NCBI GenBank assembly: GCA_965662235.1
Contig: CBFIGY010000005.1
Span: 32,001 to 96,000, forward strand
Direction of reading: 5' to 3'
DNA from: an uncultured bacterium
GTDB lineage: Bacteria > SAR324 > NAC60-12
DNA: 64,000 bases
The notes beneath the pieces are model-generated. The model was given only the letters and a program-made list of their open reading frames with translations. It did no database searches and was not told where the DNA came from. Positions 38,514 through 48,487 of this stretch are shown one piece after another; the first letter of the stretch is position 1, and each line of letters opens with the position of its first letter. The translations under genes were made by a program, and so were the position numbers.

Positions 38514-38543
38514 TTGACTTTCGGTAGCACCGCGTGCTATCAC
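38514..38543 (+). promoter_or_regulatory. Putative coxS promoter with internal palindrome
   Basis: TTGACT-N18-TATCAC; TAGCAC-CGC-GTGCTA at 38525-38539. Confidence 0.45.
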
Positions 38544-38608
38544 ATTCGCGCTTTCTGCTCTCACGAGGCGCCTTAACCCTCTCTCCCAAATTAGAAGGAG
38601 GACCCACC

Positions 38609-39070
38609 ATGCAAGTCACGATGACCGTCAATGGCGCGACTGTCTCTCAAGACGTCGAGCCGCGAACCCTACTCGTGCAGTTTTTGCGCGAAAACCTCAG
38701 TCTGACTGGCACCCACGTTGGTTGTGATACCAGCAGCTGTGGCGCCTGCACCATTGTCGTCAATGGAGAATCCGTCAAGTCCTGCACCCTGCTGGCGGTG
38801 CAGTGCGATGGCGCTGAAATCACCACCATCGAGGGATTGGCGTCCAACGGAACGCTGCATCCGCTCCAAGAGGGCTTCCGCGAGAAGCATGGCCTGCAGT
38901 GTGGCTACTGCACCCCGGGAATGATCATGAGTTCCTGGCAGTTGCTCCAGCGCAACCCCAAGCCTTCCGAACAAGAAATCCGGCACGCGCTCGAAGGAAA
39001 CTTCTGCCGCTGCACGGGATACGACAACATCGTCAAGGCCGTTCAGTGGGCCGCTGACCAGTCTGCATAA
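38609..39070 (+). CDS. coxS: CO dehydrogenase-like small (2Fe-2S) subunit
   Basis: [35 protein letters not shown]. Confidence 0.93.
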   Translation: MQVTMTVNGATVSQDVEPRTLLVQFLRENLSLTGTHVGCDTSSCGACTIVVNGESVKSCTLLAVQCDGAEITTIEGLASNGTLHPLQEGFREKHGLQCGYCTPGMIMSSWQLLQRNPKPSEQEIRHALEGNFCRCTGYDNIVKAVQWAADQSA

Positions 39071-39081
39071 AGGAGGAATTC

Positions 39082-41445
39082 ATGGGCAAATACATTGGAC
39101 AAGCGATCAAGCGGGTCGAGGACCAGCGGTTCATCACCGGTAAGGGAACCTACACCGATGACATTGTGCTGCACCGCATGACGCATGCGTACATTCTGCG
39201 CAGCCAGCTGGCACACGCACGCATCAAGAGCATCGACACCTCTGCCGCCAAAGCGGCTCCAGGAGTGGTGGCCATCTTCACCGGCGAAGACGTCAAAGAC
39301 GTCAACGGCGTCCCCTGCGGCTGGCAGGTGAACTTCAAGGGGGGCGAGACCATGCGCGAGCCGAAGCACCCCTTGCTCGTGCACGACAAGGTCCGACACG
39401 TTGGCGACAGTGTGGCCGTGGTCATTGCTGAAACCAAATCGCAGGCTCGAGATGCCGCGGACCTGATTGAAGTGGACTACGAGGAACTCCCCGTGGTGGT
39501 GGAGTCGGTGGACGCTCTCAAGCCGGATGCCGCCAAGGTGCACGATGAGCTTCCGGACAACCTGGTCTTCGACTGGGAACTCGGAGACGCCGGCGCTGCC
39601 GACGAGGGACTGGCCAAGGCCAGCCACGTCACCACCATGAAGATCCGCAACCAGCGGCTGGTGCCCAACCCCATCGAGCCCCGCAGCTACATTGGGGACT
39701 ACGATGCCTCCCGTGACAACTACACCCTCTACACGTCCTCGCAGAATCCGCACGTGATTCGCCTGCTGATGTGTGCCTTTGTGCTCGGCATTCCGGAGCA
39801 CAAGGTCCGCGTGGTTGCCAAGGACGTCGGCGGTGGATTCGGTAGCAAGATCTACCACTACACCGAAGAAGCCTTGGTCACCTGGGCCTCCAAGCAGATC
39901 GGACGTCCGATCAAGTGGACCTCCGAGCGCAGCGAAGCCTTTGTCACCGACGCGCACGGACGGGATCACCACACCACGGCCCAGATGGGCTTTGATGCTG
40001 ACGGCAAGCTGACCGCTCTCAAGGTGCACACCGACGCCAACCTCGGCGCGTACCTTTCGACCTTCTCCACCGCGGTTCCGACCTACCTGTACGGAACGCT
40101 GCTGCAGGGTCAGTACACCACCCCGGCGGTGTACGTCAGCGTCAACGCCGTGTTCACCAACACCACCGCGGTCGACGCCTACCGTGGCGCCGGACGTCCG
40201 GAAGCGACCTACCTGCTGGAGCGCCTCATGGACACCGCTGCTGCCGAAATGGGCATGGACCCGGCAGAGCTGCGCATGAAGAACTTCATTCCGCCGTTCG
40301 ACGGAGTGAGCGAACCCGGCTACCAGACTCAGGTGGCGCTGCAGTACGACAGCGGCAACTACGAGGCAGCCATGCGCAAGGCACTGGACCTCATTGGGTA
40401 CGATCAACTCCGCAAGGAGCAGGAAGAAGCTCGCAAGCAAGGCCGCTACATCGGCATCGGCTTCTCCTCCTACATTGAGGCCTGCGGCATCGCGCCGTCT
40501 GCCGTTGTGGGCTCCCTCGGCGCACGGGCCGGACTGTTTGAGAGCGCCAACGTGCGTGTCCAGCCGACTGGAATGGTCTCGGTCTACACCGGAAGCCACT
40601 CCCACGGTCAGGGCCACGACACCACCTTTGCTCAGGTGGTGGCTGATCACCTTGGCATTGCCATGGAAAACGTGGAAATCATCCACGGAGACACCGAGCA
40701 GGTGCCGTTTGGAATGGGAACCTACGGGTCCCGGAGCCTCGCGGTCGGTGGAAGCGCCATTGTGGGGGCTCTGGAGAAGGTCAAGGAAAAGGGCGCCAAG
40801 GTGGCGGCTCACCTCCTGGAAGCCTCGGAGCAGGACCTCGAGTTTGCTGACGGCAGCTGGACCGTGAAGGGCACCGACAAGTCGATCAGCTTCGGCGAAG
40901 TCGCCCTCGCGTCGTACGTCCCCCACAACTTCCCTGAAGGCCTGGAGCCAGGGATTGAGTTCAACAGCTTCTACGACCCGGCCAACTTCACCTACCCCTT
41001 CGGCACCTACATTGCCGTGGTGGAAGTGGACACCGAAACGGGCAAAACCACCGTCAAGCGCTTCGTCGCTGTGGATGACGTCGGCAACATCGTCAACCCG
41101 ATGATTGTGGAAGGTCAGATCCACGGTGGACTGGCGCAGGGCATTGGACAGGCGCTGCTGGAAGGCGCGGTGTATGACGAAAGCGGTCAGCTCACCACCG
41201 GAACCTTCTTGGACTACGCCATGCCCCGGGCAGATGACCTGATCTCCTTTGAAGTGGATGGCAACGTCACCCCTTGCCCGCACAATCCGTTGGGCGCCAA
41301 GGGAGCTGGAGAGGCGGGCTGCATTGGCTCCACCCCGGCCATCGTCAACGCTGTGGTGGACGCCCTGCGACCGCTGGGCGTGAAGGACCTGGCCATGCCG
41401 CTGACCCCGCAAAAGGTCTGGGCCGCTCTCAACGACGCCGCCTAA
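39082..41445 (+). CDS. coxL: CO dehydrogenase-like molybdopterin large subunit, form II
   Basis: GGGFGSK, AYRGAGR (40177-40197), HGQGH, GTYGSRS, GAKGAGE. Confidence 0.9.
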   Translation: MGKYIGQAIKRVEDQRFITGKGTYTDDIVLHRMTHAYILRSQLAHARIKSIDTSAAKAAPGVVAIFTGEDVKDVNGVPCGWQVNFKGGETMREPKHPLLVHDKVRHVGDSVAVVIAETKSQARDAADLIEVDYEELPVVVESVDALKPDAAKVHDELPDNLVFDWELGDAGAADEGLAKASHVTTMKIRNQRLVPNPIEPRSYIGDYDASRDNYTLYTSSQNPHVIRLLMCAFVLGIPEHKVRVVAKDVGGGFGSKIYHYTEEALVTWASKQIGRPIKWTSERSEAFVTDAHGRDHHTTAQMGFDADGKLTALKVHTDANLGAYLSTFSTAVPTYLYGTLLQGQYTTPAVYVSVNAVFTNTTAVDAYRGAGRPEATYLLERLMDTAAAEMGMDPAELRMKNFIPPFDGVSEPGYQTQVALQYDSGNYEAAMRKALDLIGYDQLRKEQEEARKQGRYIGIGFSSYIEACGIAPSAVVGSLGARAGLFESANVRVQPTGMVSVYTGSHSHGQGHDTTFAQVVADHLGIAMENVEIIHGDTEQVPFGMGTYGSRSLAVGGSAIVGALEKVKEKGAKVAAHLLEASEQDLEFADGSWTVKGTDKSISFGEVALASYVPHNFPEGLEPGIEFNSFYDPANFTYPFGTYIAVVEVDTETGKTTVKRFVAVDDVGNIVNPMIVEGQIHGGLAQGIGQALLEGAVYDESGQLTTGTFLDYAMPRADDLISFEVDGNVTPCPHNPLGAKGAGEAGCIGSTPAIVNAVVDALRPLGVKDLAMPLTPQKVWAALNDAA

Positions 41446-41533
41446 TCCGCAACCTGAACCCCGATCGGCCTCTTTCTGCTTGAATGACCGGCAGGAAGAG
41501 GCGACGGAAACCTAAGACAAAGGAGAATTTCTT

Positions 41534-42388
41534 ATGGTTCCTACCTCATTTGACTATCATCGGGCGTCCAGCGTGGATGAAGCCATTGCGCTCATGCAGC
41601 AGTATGGCGAGGACGCCAAAATCCTAGCCGGCGGCCACAGCCTGGTTCCGGCCATGAAACTGCGTCTGGCAACCCCGGAGCGGCTGATTGACCTTGGGGG
41701 CATCGAAGGCCTGAAGTACATCAACGACAAGGGCGACCACATTGCCGTGGGCGCCATGGCCACCCACTGGATGCTCGAGTCCTCCAGCGTGGTGCAGCAG
41801 AAGGCCCCGGCCCTCAGCCAAGCTGCCGGCGCCATTGGTGACGTCCAGGTCCGCAACCGTGGCACCATTGGTGGCGCCCTTGCCCACTCAGACCCGGCTG
41901 CCGACTACCCCGGTGCCGTGCTGGCCCTGAACGCCAGCATGGTCATCAAGGGCTCCGGAGGCGAGCGTGTGGTGCCTGCCAGCGAGTACTTCGTGGACCT
42001 GTGGGAGACCGCTGTCCAGCCCGGAGAACTGCTGGTCGAGATCCGCATTCCGACCGATGCTGCCAACGCCAACTCCTGCTACGTCAAGTACGCTCAGCCG
42101 GCCTCCCGGTACCCGTACGTCGGCGTCGCTGTGGCCATGGACAAGTCCGGAGGCACCTGCTCCGACCTTCGGGTCGGCTTCAGTGGCGTGGGTCACTCGG
42201 CCTTCCGTGATGCGGGAGTCGAGGGCGCCCTCAAGGGCCAAGCGGTCAATGAAGCCACTGCCAAAGCAGCGGCAGATCAAGCCACTCAGGGCAAAGACGT
42301 CCTCAGTGACTGGTCCGTCAGCGAAGACTACCGACGTGCCATGGCACGAGTCTTCACCAAGCGAGCTCTGCTTCAAGTAGGCGCGTAA
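41534..42388 (+). CDS. coxM: CO dehydrogenase-like FAD medium subunit
   Basis: AGGHSL, QVRNRGTIGG, DPAAD. Confidence 0.92.
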   Translation: MVPTSFDYHRASSVDEAIALMQQYGEDAKILAGGHSLVPAMKLRLATPERLIDLGGIEGLKYINDKGDHIAVGAMATHWMLESSSVVQQKAPALSQAAGAIGDVQVRNRGTIGGALAHSDPAADYPGAVLALNASMVIKGSGGERVVPASEYFVDLWETAVQPGELLVEIRIPTDAANANSCYVKYAQPASRYPYVGVAVAMDKSGGTCSDLRVGFSGVGHSAFRDAGVEGALKGQAVNEATAKAAADQATQGKDVLSDWSVSEDYRRAMARVFTKRALLQVGA

Positions 42389-42395
42389 CCCCCCT

Positions 42396-42424
42396 GAGGC
42401 GTCGGATCTTCCGGCGCCTCTTTC
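42396..42424 (+). terminator. Rho-independent terminator after coxM
   Basis: GAGGCGTCGGA-TCT-TCCGGCGCCTC followed by a pyrimidine tract. Confidence 0.65.
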
Positions 42425-42600
42425 CTCCTCCTGCTTCTCCCGTTCCCCTCTCTTTTTTTCCGCACCGTTTCGGGCTCTCCAGCGTTTTTTTGGGCCTTCT
42501 GCCGTATTTTCCTTGCAGGGCCCCAAGATTTCGTTTATTGGTAGGCCTCATTCACCATCGTCACGAACTGCAGTGCCCCCTGACCCTGTTTGAAAAAACC

Positions 42601-43437
42601 ATGACTGTTCTATTGGAAACCGCTCGTGAACGCCTGCGTCCTGCTCTTGAGGCAGGACACCTGCTGTGCCTGACAGGAGCCGGAGTGTCTGCTGAATCCG
42701 GCATTCCGACCTTCCGTGGGCAAAACGGCTTCTGGACGGTTGGCAGTGAGAACTATGCTCCCGAAGAGATCGCGACGCATTCCTTTTTCCTCCACAATCC
42801 CCTAGTCGCCTGGGACTGGTACCGCCACCGCTTTCAAAGGTGTCGAGACGCCGCTCCCAACGCGGGACACCAGGCGTTTGTGGACGCTGAGCAACGCCTC
42901 CGGGAGCGGTTTCACTTGGTCACTCAAAACATCGACCACCTGCACCGACGGGCAGGGAACACCGCAGAACAGACCATTGAGATCCATGGTTCCATCCGCT
43001 GGATGCGCTGTGTTCAGGCGACTCCGGACTTTGACGACACCGGCGACGGGTGTCCGGATGAGCTGGTGGAGGTTCCCTGGGACTTCCTCATGCAAAGCCC
43101 TGGGCTTGAGGGATTCCAGGACCCGTTGATGACGTGTGCCCACTGCGGGAACCTCATGCGTCCTCACGTTCTTTGGTTTGACGAGTACTACCAGAGCAGC
43201 AACCACTATCGACTGGAAGAGGCCTTGGACTGGCTGGGAGACGCCGATGCGCTCCTCATCGCTGGCTGCAGCGGCACCCTCTTTCTGGCCAATCACTTTG
43301 TTGACCTGGTGGCCCAGCGGACCCCTCTGATCATCATTGACCCGGAAGCCCACGAGTTTGTGGAGAAGGTGGTCAAGGCCGGGGGACTGTTTCTGCAGGG
43401 CACCAGTGCTGAATGGCTTCCTCCGTTGCTCAGCTGA
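42601..43437 (+). CDS. cobB: Sir2-family NAD-dependent protein deacylase
   Basis: GAGVSAESGIPTFRG, TQNIDHLH, HGS, RPHVLWFDE; YxxR motif (WYRHR). Confidence 0.88.
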   Translation: MTVLLETARERLRPALEAGHLLCLTGAGVSAESGIPTFRGQNGFWTVGSENYAPEEIATHSFFLHNPLVAWDWYRHRFQRCRDAAPNAGHQAFVDAEQRLRERFHLVTQNIDHLHRRAGNTAEQTIEIHGSIRWMRCVQATPDFDDTGDGCPDELVEVPWDFLMQSPGLEGFQDPLMTCAHCGNLMRPHVLWFDEYYQSSNHYRLEEALDWLGDADALLIAGCSGTLFLANHFVDLVAQRTPLIIIDPEAHEFVEKVVKAGGLFLQGTSAEWLPPLLS

Positions 43438-43459
43438 AGGAGGAGGAAAGGAGCTTTCC

Positions 43460-44608
43460 ATGAAACCGGCCGTTTCTTCCGCAACAGACACCCCCTCTCA
43501 CGACCAGGCCTACCGAGCTCTGCTGCGGATGATGCCCGACTTGGTGTTCCGCATGAGCGCCCAGGGAGACTTCCTTGAGGTCCTGACCCCAGATCACCCG
43601 GACCTGCTTGGAGCCGCTGGCGACATCGTCGGCAGCAACAAGTCCCAGTGGCTCAGCCGCGAGCACTGCGAGGCCTGGGACCAAGCGGCATCGGAGGCCC
43701 TGAAGACGGGCGAAATCTTCACCTACACCTACACCCTTGACGTGAGCGGCCAGCAACGCTGGTTTGAAGCCCGGATGCAGGCGGTCGGTGCCCATGAGTT
43801 GCTCACCACCGTCCGAAACCTGACAGCCCTCCGGGAAGCACATGAACAGAAGCTCCGGCGGAGCAAGATGGAAGCGTTGGGAGAGATTGCCCAGCAGATT
43901 GCCCACCACATCAACACCCCCACGGCCACCATCATGCTTGCGCTCAAGGAACTGGAGCGCCTCAAGGCCACCCTCTCAGAAGACAACCAGCTCAGCCTGG
44001 AGAAGATCGAAGACGCGGCCCATCACATCAAAACCGTCATCGAAAAGGTCCTCCTGGTCTCCAGAGACACCAGTACCCAGTGGAACGAATCCGTCCCGCT
44101 CCGGGAGATCGTGGAGCACAGCCTAGAACGCCTCCGCGATCCCTTTCCTGAAGTAGACGTCCTCTGGGAGGCTCCGGAGCAGGAACTGACGGTGGAGGGC
44201 AACCGGAAGATGATTCAGCAGGTCCTTTATCATGTGCTGAAGAACTCCTGCGAGGCGGCCCTGGAACTGGAAGATCCGGCCATCCGGATTGAGCTACAGG
44301 CGCTGGAGAAGGGCGTTCTTCTGAACTTTGAAGACAGCGGCATGGGGCTCTCGGCTCAGGTGCCTGATCATATCTTTGAGCCCTTCTTCTCCACCAAACC
44401 GGCCCGTGAAGGCGCCGGGCTCGGACTGACGGTGTGCCGGATGATCGTGGAGGAACACCAGGGCACCATTGAGGCCGACGACGACTCTCCCTACCTAGGA
44501 GGCACCACCATCAGCATCTACCTTCCCTACCGACGGATGCGGACCGACTTCGGCGTCACCACCTGGAAGATTCCGGGGCTGGATGAGGCATTGACAAACA
44601 CGGAATAA
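43460..44608 (+). CDS. PAS-domain sensor histidine kinase (orphan in window)
   Basis: PDLVF PAS start, H-box IAHHINTP, N box LKNS, DSGMG, IFEPFFSTK, GAGLGL. Confidence 0.85.
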   Translation: MKPAVSSATDTPSHDQAYRALLRMMPDLVFRMSAQGDFLEVLTPDHPDLLGAAGDIVGSNKSQWLSREHCEAWDQAASEALKTGEIFTYTYTLDVSGQQRWFEARMQAVGAHELLTTVRNLTALREAHEQKLRRSKMEALGEIAQQIAHHINTPTATIMLALKELERLKATLSEDNQLSLEKIEDAAHHIKTVIEKVLLVSRDTSTQWNESVPLREIVEHSLERLRDPFPEVDVLWEAPEQELTVEGNRKMIQQVLYHVLKNSCEAALELEDPAIRIELQALEKGVLLNFEDSGMGLSAQVPDHIFEPFFSTKPAREGAGLGLTVCRMIVEEHQGTIEADDDSPYLGGTTISIYLPYRRMRTDFGVTTWKIPGLDEALTNTE

Positions 44609-44629
44609 TCCGGAAAGCTGGAAAAAGCT

Positions 44630-44712
44630 TCGTTAGGGGTGGTGGTGCCACGGCACTGCCTGAGAGAACACCCTTGGAACCTGATCCGGATAATGCCGGC
44701 GCAGGAAAACGA
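44630..44712 (+). ncRNA. TPP (THI-box) riboswitch
   Basis: AGGGGT...CTGAGA...ACCCTTGGAACCTGATCCGGATAATGCCGGCGCAGGAA with P1 TCGTT/AACGA; upstream of thiB. Confidence 0.93.
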
Positions 44713-44848
44713 TGTTCCGCTTTGAGCCACACCGGCTTCTCTTCTGTTTCTCCGGAACCTTCCATCTTCTCTCCCATCGAAGCGTGATCCGAGCACCGAG
44801 GTTTTCGGTCTCTTCCTGATGAATTCTGGTAAGCAAAGGAACACGCTG

Positions 44849-45859
44849 ATGTCCAAACACTTCTTCACGCGCTGGTGTGCTGGCGCCCTGCTGTCTCTTG
44901 CTGCGGCCTCTGCCTCAGCGCAGGACCTGGTGGTCTACACCTACGACTCCTTCAACACCGAGTGGGGGCCTGGCCCTGTGGTGTTCAAGGCCTTTGAGGA
45001 ACAGTGCCAGTGCTCGGTTCAGGTGATCGCCCCCGGCGACTCCGGATCGGTGCTAAGCCGAGCCATTCTTGAAAAGAACAACCCCAAGGCCGACCTCCTC
45101 CTCGGGGTCAACGACAGCGAACTGGCCAAGTCCTTCCGCTACGACCTGTGGGAGCCCTACCGTTCGCCAAACCTCAACCGGGTTCCAGAAGCCCTGCAGC
45201 TGGATCCGGAGCACCGCGTCACGCCCTTTGACTACGGCTACATCGCCTTTGTGTACGATTCCGAGAAGCTTCCGGATCCACCGAAGAGCCTAGAAGACCT
45301 GACGGATCCACGCTTCCGGGGGAAGGTGGTGATCGAGAGTCCCAAGACTTCCTCACCCGGACTGTCGATGCTGCACTGGACCCTGGCCGTCTACGGAGAA
45401 GAAGGGTACCTCGACTACTGGGACCGTCTCCGTCCGAACCTCCTCACCATCACGGACGGCTGGTCGGCCGCGTATGGCATGTTCACCAAAGGGGAGGCGC
45501 CTTTGGTTCTGAGTTACGTCACCAGTCCCGCGTATCATGTTGAGTTTGAAGAAACGGAACGCTACAAGGCCGTGGAGTTTCCGGAAGGCATGTACCGGCA
45601 GGTGGAACTGGCCGGCATCCTCAAGGGAGCCCCTCACCTGAAGCGCGCCCAGGAGTTCATCGACTTCATGCTGACCGCATCGTTTCAAGACGCGCTGCCT
45701 CTGACCAACTGGATGTTCCCGGTGGCTCCGGAGCAGGCCCTTCCGGCGTCCTATCGGGTGGCTCCGGTTCCTGCCAAGACCCTGTCCTTGGATTCCGAAC
45801 GCATTGAAGCGAACAACGAGCGTTGGCTCAAGGCGTGGTCCCGGACCATGGCCAAGTAG
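44849..45859 (+). CDS. thiB: Thiamine ABC substrate-binding protein
   Basis: VYTYDSF..EWGPGP, PFDYGY, TSSPG, GWSAAYGMF, SYVTSPAYH, NWMFP. Confidence 0.93.
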   Translation: MSKHFFTRWCAGALLSLAAASASAQDLVVYTYDSFNTEWGPGPVVFKAFEEQCQCSVQVIAPGDSGSVLSRAILEKNNPKADLLLGVNDSELAKSFRYDLWEPYRSPNLNRVPEALQLDPEHRVTPFDYGYIAFVYDSEKLPDPPKSLEDLTDPRFRGKVVIESPKTSSPGLSMLHWTLAVYGEEGYLDYWDRLRPNLLTITDGWSAAYGMFTKGEAPLVLSYVTSPAYHVEFEETERYKAVEFPEGMYRQVELAGILKGAPHLKRAQEFIDFMLTASFQDALPLTNWMFPVAPEQALPASYRVAPVPAKTLSLDSERIEANNERWLKAWSRTMAK

Positions 45860-45862
45860 CGT

Positions 45863-47530
45863 TTGAGCAGGCGACTTCCCGGGCTGCCCCTGCTGCTGAA
45901 GGGGGCAGCCGCTGTCATGCTCCTTGGGGGCTTCTACCTCCCGATCCTCCTGTTTCTGGGCGGACGAGACCCGCTGCATCCGGAGCAGCCGATGCTCAAC
46001 GGGGGCTTTCTGCTGGAGTTTCTGGCAGACCCCTGGAACCTCGGGGTGATCCGCTTTTCGCTGGAACAGGCCTTCTGGAGCGCCCTGCTGTCGGTGCTCT
46101 TTGGCCTTCCGGGCGCGTGGCTGCTGACGCGTTACGACTTCCCAGGACGTGAGGCGTTCAAGCGCTTCGCCTTTCTGCCCTTCCTCCTGCCTTCGATCCT
46201 GGTGGTGCTCGGAATGATCCTCTTCTTTGGGAACCAGGGGTGGGTCAACCGGGGACTGATGACGCTGCTGGGGCAAGAGGAGCCTCCGATTCAGTTCCTC
46301 TATTCCCTCTCCGGGATTCTGCTGGGACACGTCTTCTACAACTTCCCCCTGGCCATGCGCCTGATTGGGGACCAGTGGGAGCGTGTTTCCGGACAGTATG
46401 GGCAGGCGGCTCGGATGCTGGGACAGCGACCCTGGCAGAACTTCTTCCGCATCACGTTGCCGCTTGTTTTTCCTTCAGTGGCTGGGGCGTTTGCCCTCAT
46501 CTTCCTCCTCTGCCTCAACAGCTTTGCCATCATTTTGGTGCTCGGGGGAGGAGTCCGGCACACCACGGTGGAGGTGCTGATCTACCAGCTTGCCCGGATT
46601 GACCTCGACTTCTCCGGAGCGGCTGTGCTTTCGCTGCTGCAGTCCGGACTGGCCTTGCTGACTCTGACGCTGTTGCTGCAGCGGCAGCAGCGTCCTGTTC
46701 GGCAGCAGGCGGTTCTGAAGCGTTGGCTTCCGGACGACCTGAAGCAGGGACGCTGGCCGGCGTGGGTGTTGCTCGGCTGGGCTGGGCTGGCGTTGGTGCT
46801 GGCAGCAGGTCCCCTCCTCTCCATTGTCCTGGATTCACTCTGGCAAGCCGAAGGGTTCTCCGGAGCCGCGTATCAGACGCTGTTTGCATGGCACGAGAAC
46901 AACCGCTTCCTGGCAGCACTGGGAAACTCCCTACGGATCGGCCTCACGGGCTCCCTGCTGGCGTCATTACTGGGAGCCGGGCTGCTGCTTTGGTTGGAAG
47001 ACCTTCCACCCCGCTGGCGGGCCTGGCTGGAAGGCGGGGTGCTGCTGCCCATGGCCTTTTCCACAGTCGTGTTTGGCGTGGCCTGGTTTCACCTGAACCA
47101 GTCGTGGCTGCTTGGAGAGGGGTCGCTGTTTTGGATCGCGGCCTCCATGCACGCCCTTTTGGGGTGTCCGTACTGGCTGCGGCTGATGCTTCCGGTGTGG
47201 CGGGCCATTCCCCCCCAGTGGCGCAGCGAATCGCAGGTGCTCGGAATTCGTCCATGGACGTTTTGGCGAATCGTCCTCTGGCCTTGGCTCCGTCCGACGC
47301 TGCTGCTTGCGTTTGGGTTCGGATTTGCGCTTTCACTGGGCGAGCTGAACTCGATCCTGATGATTGCCGATGAGACAGTCCGGACTCTGCCGCTGGAGAT
47401 CTATGCCGCCATCTCCGGGTATCGGTTTCAGCAAGCGTCAGCAGTGGGGGTGGTGCTGTTGGCGATGTCGGTGGGAGTCTTCTGGAGTGCCGAACGGCTG
47501 GCGATGCTACGAGGCGGAGACCGGACGTAG
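45863..47530 (+). CDS. thiP: Thiamine ABC permease
   Basis: FSLEQA..S, FPGR, HVFYNFP, LSLGE; follows thiB. Confidence 0.88.
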   Translation: MSRRLPGLPLLLKGAAAVMLLGGFYLPILLFLGGRDPLHPEQPMLNGGFLLEFLADPWNLGVIRFSLEQAFWSALLSVLFGLPGAWLLTRYDFPGREAFKRFAFLPFLLPSILVVLGMILFFGNQGWVNRGLMTLLGQEEPPIQFLYSLSGILLGHVFYNFPLAMRLIGDQWERVSGQYGQAARMLGQRPWQNFFRITLPLVFPSVAGAFALIFLLCLNSFAIILVLGGGVRHTTVEVLIYQLARIDLDFSGAAVLSLLQSGLALLTLTLLLQRQQRPVRQQAVLKRWLPDDLKQGRWPAWVLLGWAGLALVLAAGPLLSIVLDSLWQAEGFSGAAYQTLFAWHENNRFLAALGNSLRIGLTGSLLASLLGAGLLLWLEDLPPRWRAWLEGGVLLPMAFSTVVFGVAWFHLNQSWLLGEGSLFWIAASMHALLGCPYWLRLMLPVWRAIPPQWRSESQVLGIRPWTFWRIVLWPWLRPTLLLAFGFGFALSLGELNSILMIADETVRTLPLEIYAAISGYRFQQASAVGVVLLAMSVGVFWSAERLAMLRGGDRT

Positions 47531-48487
47531 GAACCAGCGGTGAAACTGGACCTCTGGCATGGCGTTCACTAGGCGAACCAGCACCCAAACCGCGACCAGA
47601 CTGAAGAGCAGGCGCCCAATGACGATTCCGACCCAGTCAGCGCCAATGAGGAGCATCAGCATGGTGTCCTCGAAGATGCTGTGAAACAGGCCCATCAGCG
47701 CCAACGAGAAGAACACGTCCCGCGGTGGAATGCGCCCGGTCTGGGCTTCACGGAGGATGAGGCCGCTTCCGTAGGAGATGCCGAGGGTGATGCCAATGAC
47801 CGTCAGGTTAGTGGCTTCACGACCCACCCCCAGTTGCGAGAGCAGAGGCGTGAGCAGGCGCTGCAGCAGGTGCGTGATGCGCAGTGCGTCGAGGATCCGC
47901 ATCAGGATGACCAGCCCGACCAAGATGACCATCACCCACCCAAGGTTCTGGATCTCTCCCCACGCCCACGTCAGCCAGCTTGAGCTGGGCGGTTCCGGGG
48001 TCCAGAGGAGCTGAGCGGTTTCCTGCAGCCAACCGCCCCACTGCAAAGTGTGGTGGAGGAGGATGCCATACAGCAGTGCCCCTCCCAGACGGATCACGCC
48101 CATTCCCCACATCCGGGGGCCAGCCTTGGCCACAATCTTCAGCTCAATCGGAAGCGAGTGGGCAATCAGCATCATTGAGCTGAGCACCGTCACCTGTGCA
48201 ACGTTGAGCGGATCGGTGCTGACCAGGTTTGCAAAGACCACAATGCCCGTGTAAGGCCCCGAGAGGATCGTTGCCGCCCACACCAGCCCCATGCTTCCAG
48301 GAAGCCCCACCAGGTCCATCAGCGGAAACAGCAACTGCCCCAACACCTCCACCATGCCAATCTCCTGCAGCACCTTCACCAGCAGGATGACCGGGATCAT
48401 GATGCGGAAGAGGGGCAGGATGATCTGCACCGACTCCCGTAAGATGCCCATGCTCCAGGCAGCCGCGTTTTCAAGAGGACGCATCAT
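47507..48487 (-). CDS. Nucleoside-recognition (Gate) domain membrane protein
   Basis: Polytopic; PLM.LVGLP, AHSLPIE, GITLGISYGSG, HSIFEDT. Confidence 0.75.
   Translation of the reverse strand: MMRPLENAAAWSMGILRESVQIILPLFRIMIPVILLVKVLQEIGMVEVLGQLLFPLMDLVGLPGSMGLVWAATILSGPYTGIVVFANLVSTDPLNVAQVTVLSSMMLIAHSLPIELKIVAKAGPRMWGMGVIRLGGALLYGILLHHTLQWGGWLQETAQLLWTPEPPSSSWLTWAWGEIQNLGWVMVILVGLVILMRILDALRITHLLQRLLTPLLSQLGVGREATNLTVIGITLGISYGSGLILREAQTGRIPPRDVFFSLALMGLFHSIFEDTMLMLLIGADWVGIVIGRLLFSLVAVWVLVRLVNAMPEVQFHRWFLRPVSAS

Noticed and set aside
38525..38539. CIRCE-like half-sites TAGCAC/GTGCTA
   Set aside because: The spacer is far shorter than in TTAGCACTC-N9-GAGTGCTAA and the downstream genes are not chaperones
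39043..41412. Long antisense ORFs (789 aa here; also 1600-3105, 27248-28624, 29114-30658, 58535-60199)
   Set aside because: They mirror well-supported genes and carry no motifs; this is expected from GC-rich codon bias
42601..43437. Sir2-based anti-phage system
   Set aside because: Stand-alone CobB-type deacylase; no Argonaute, HerA, TIR or similar partner
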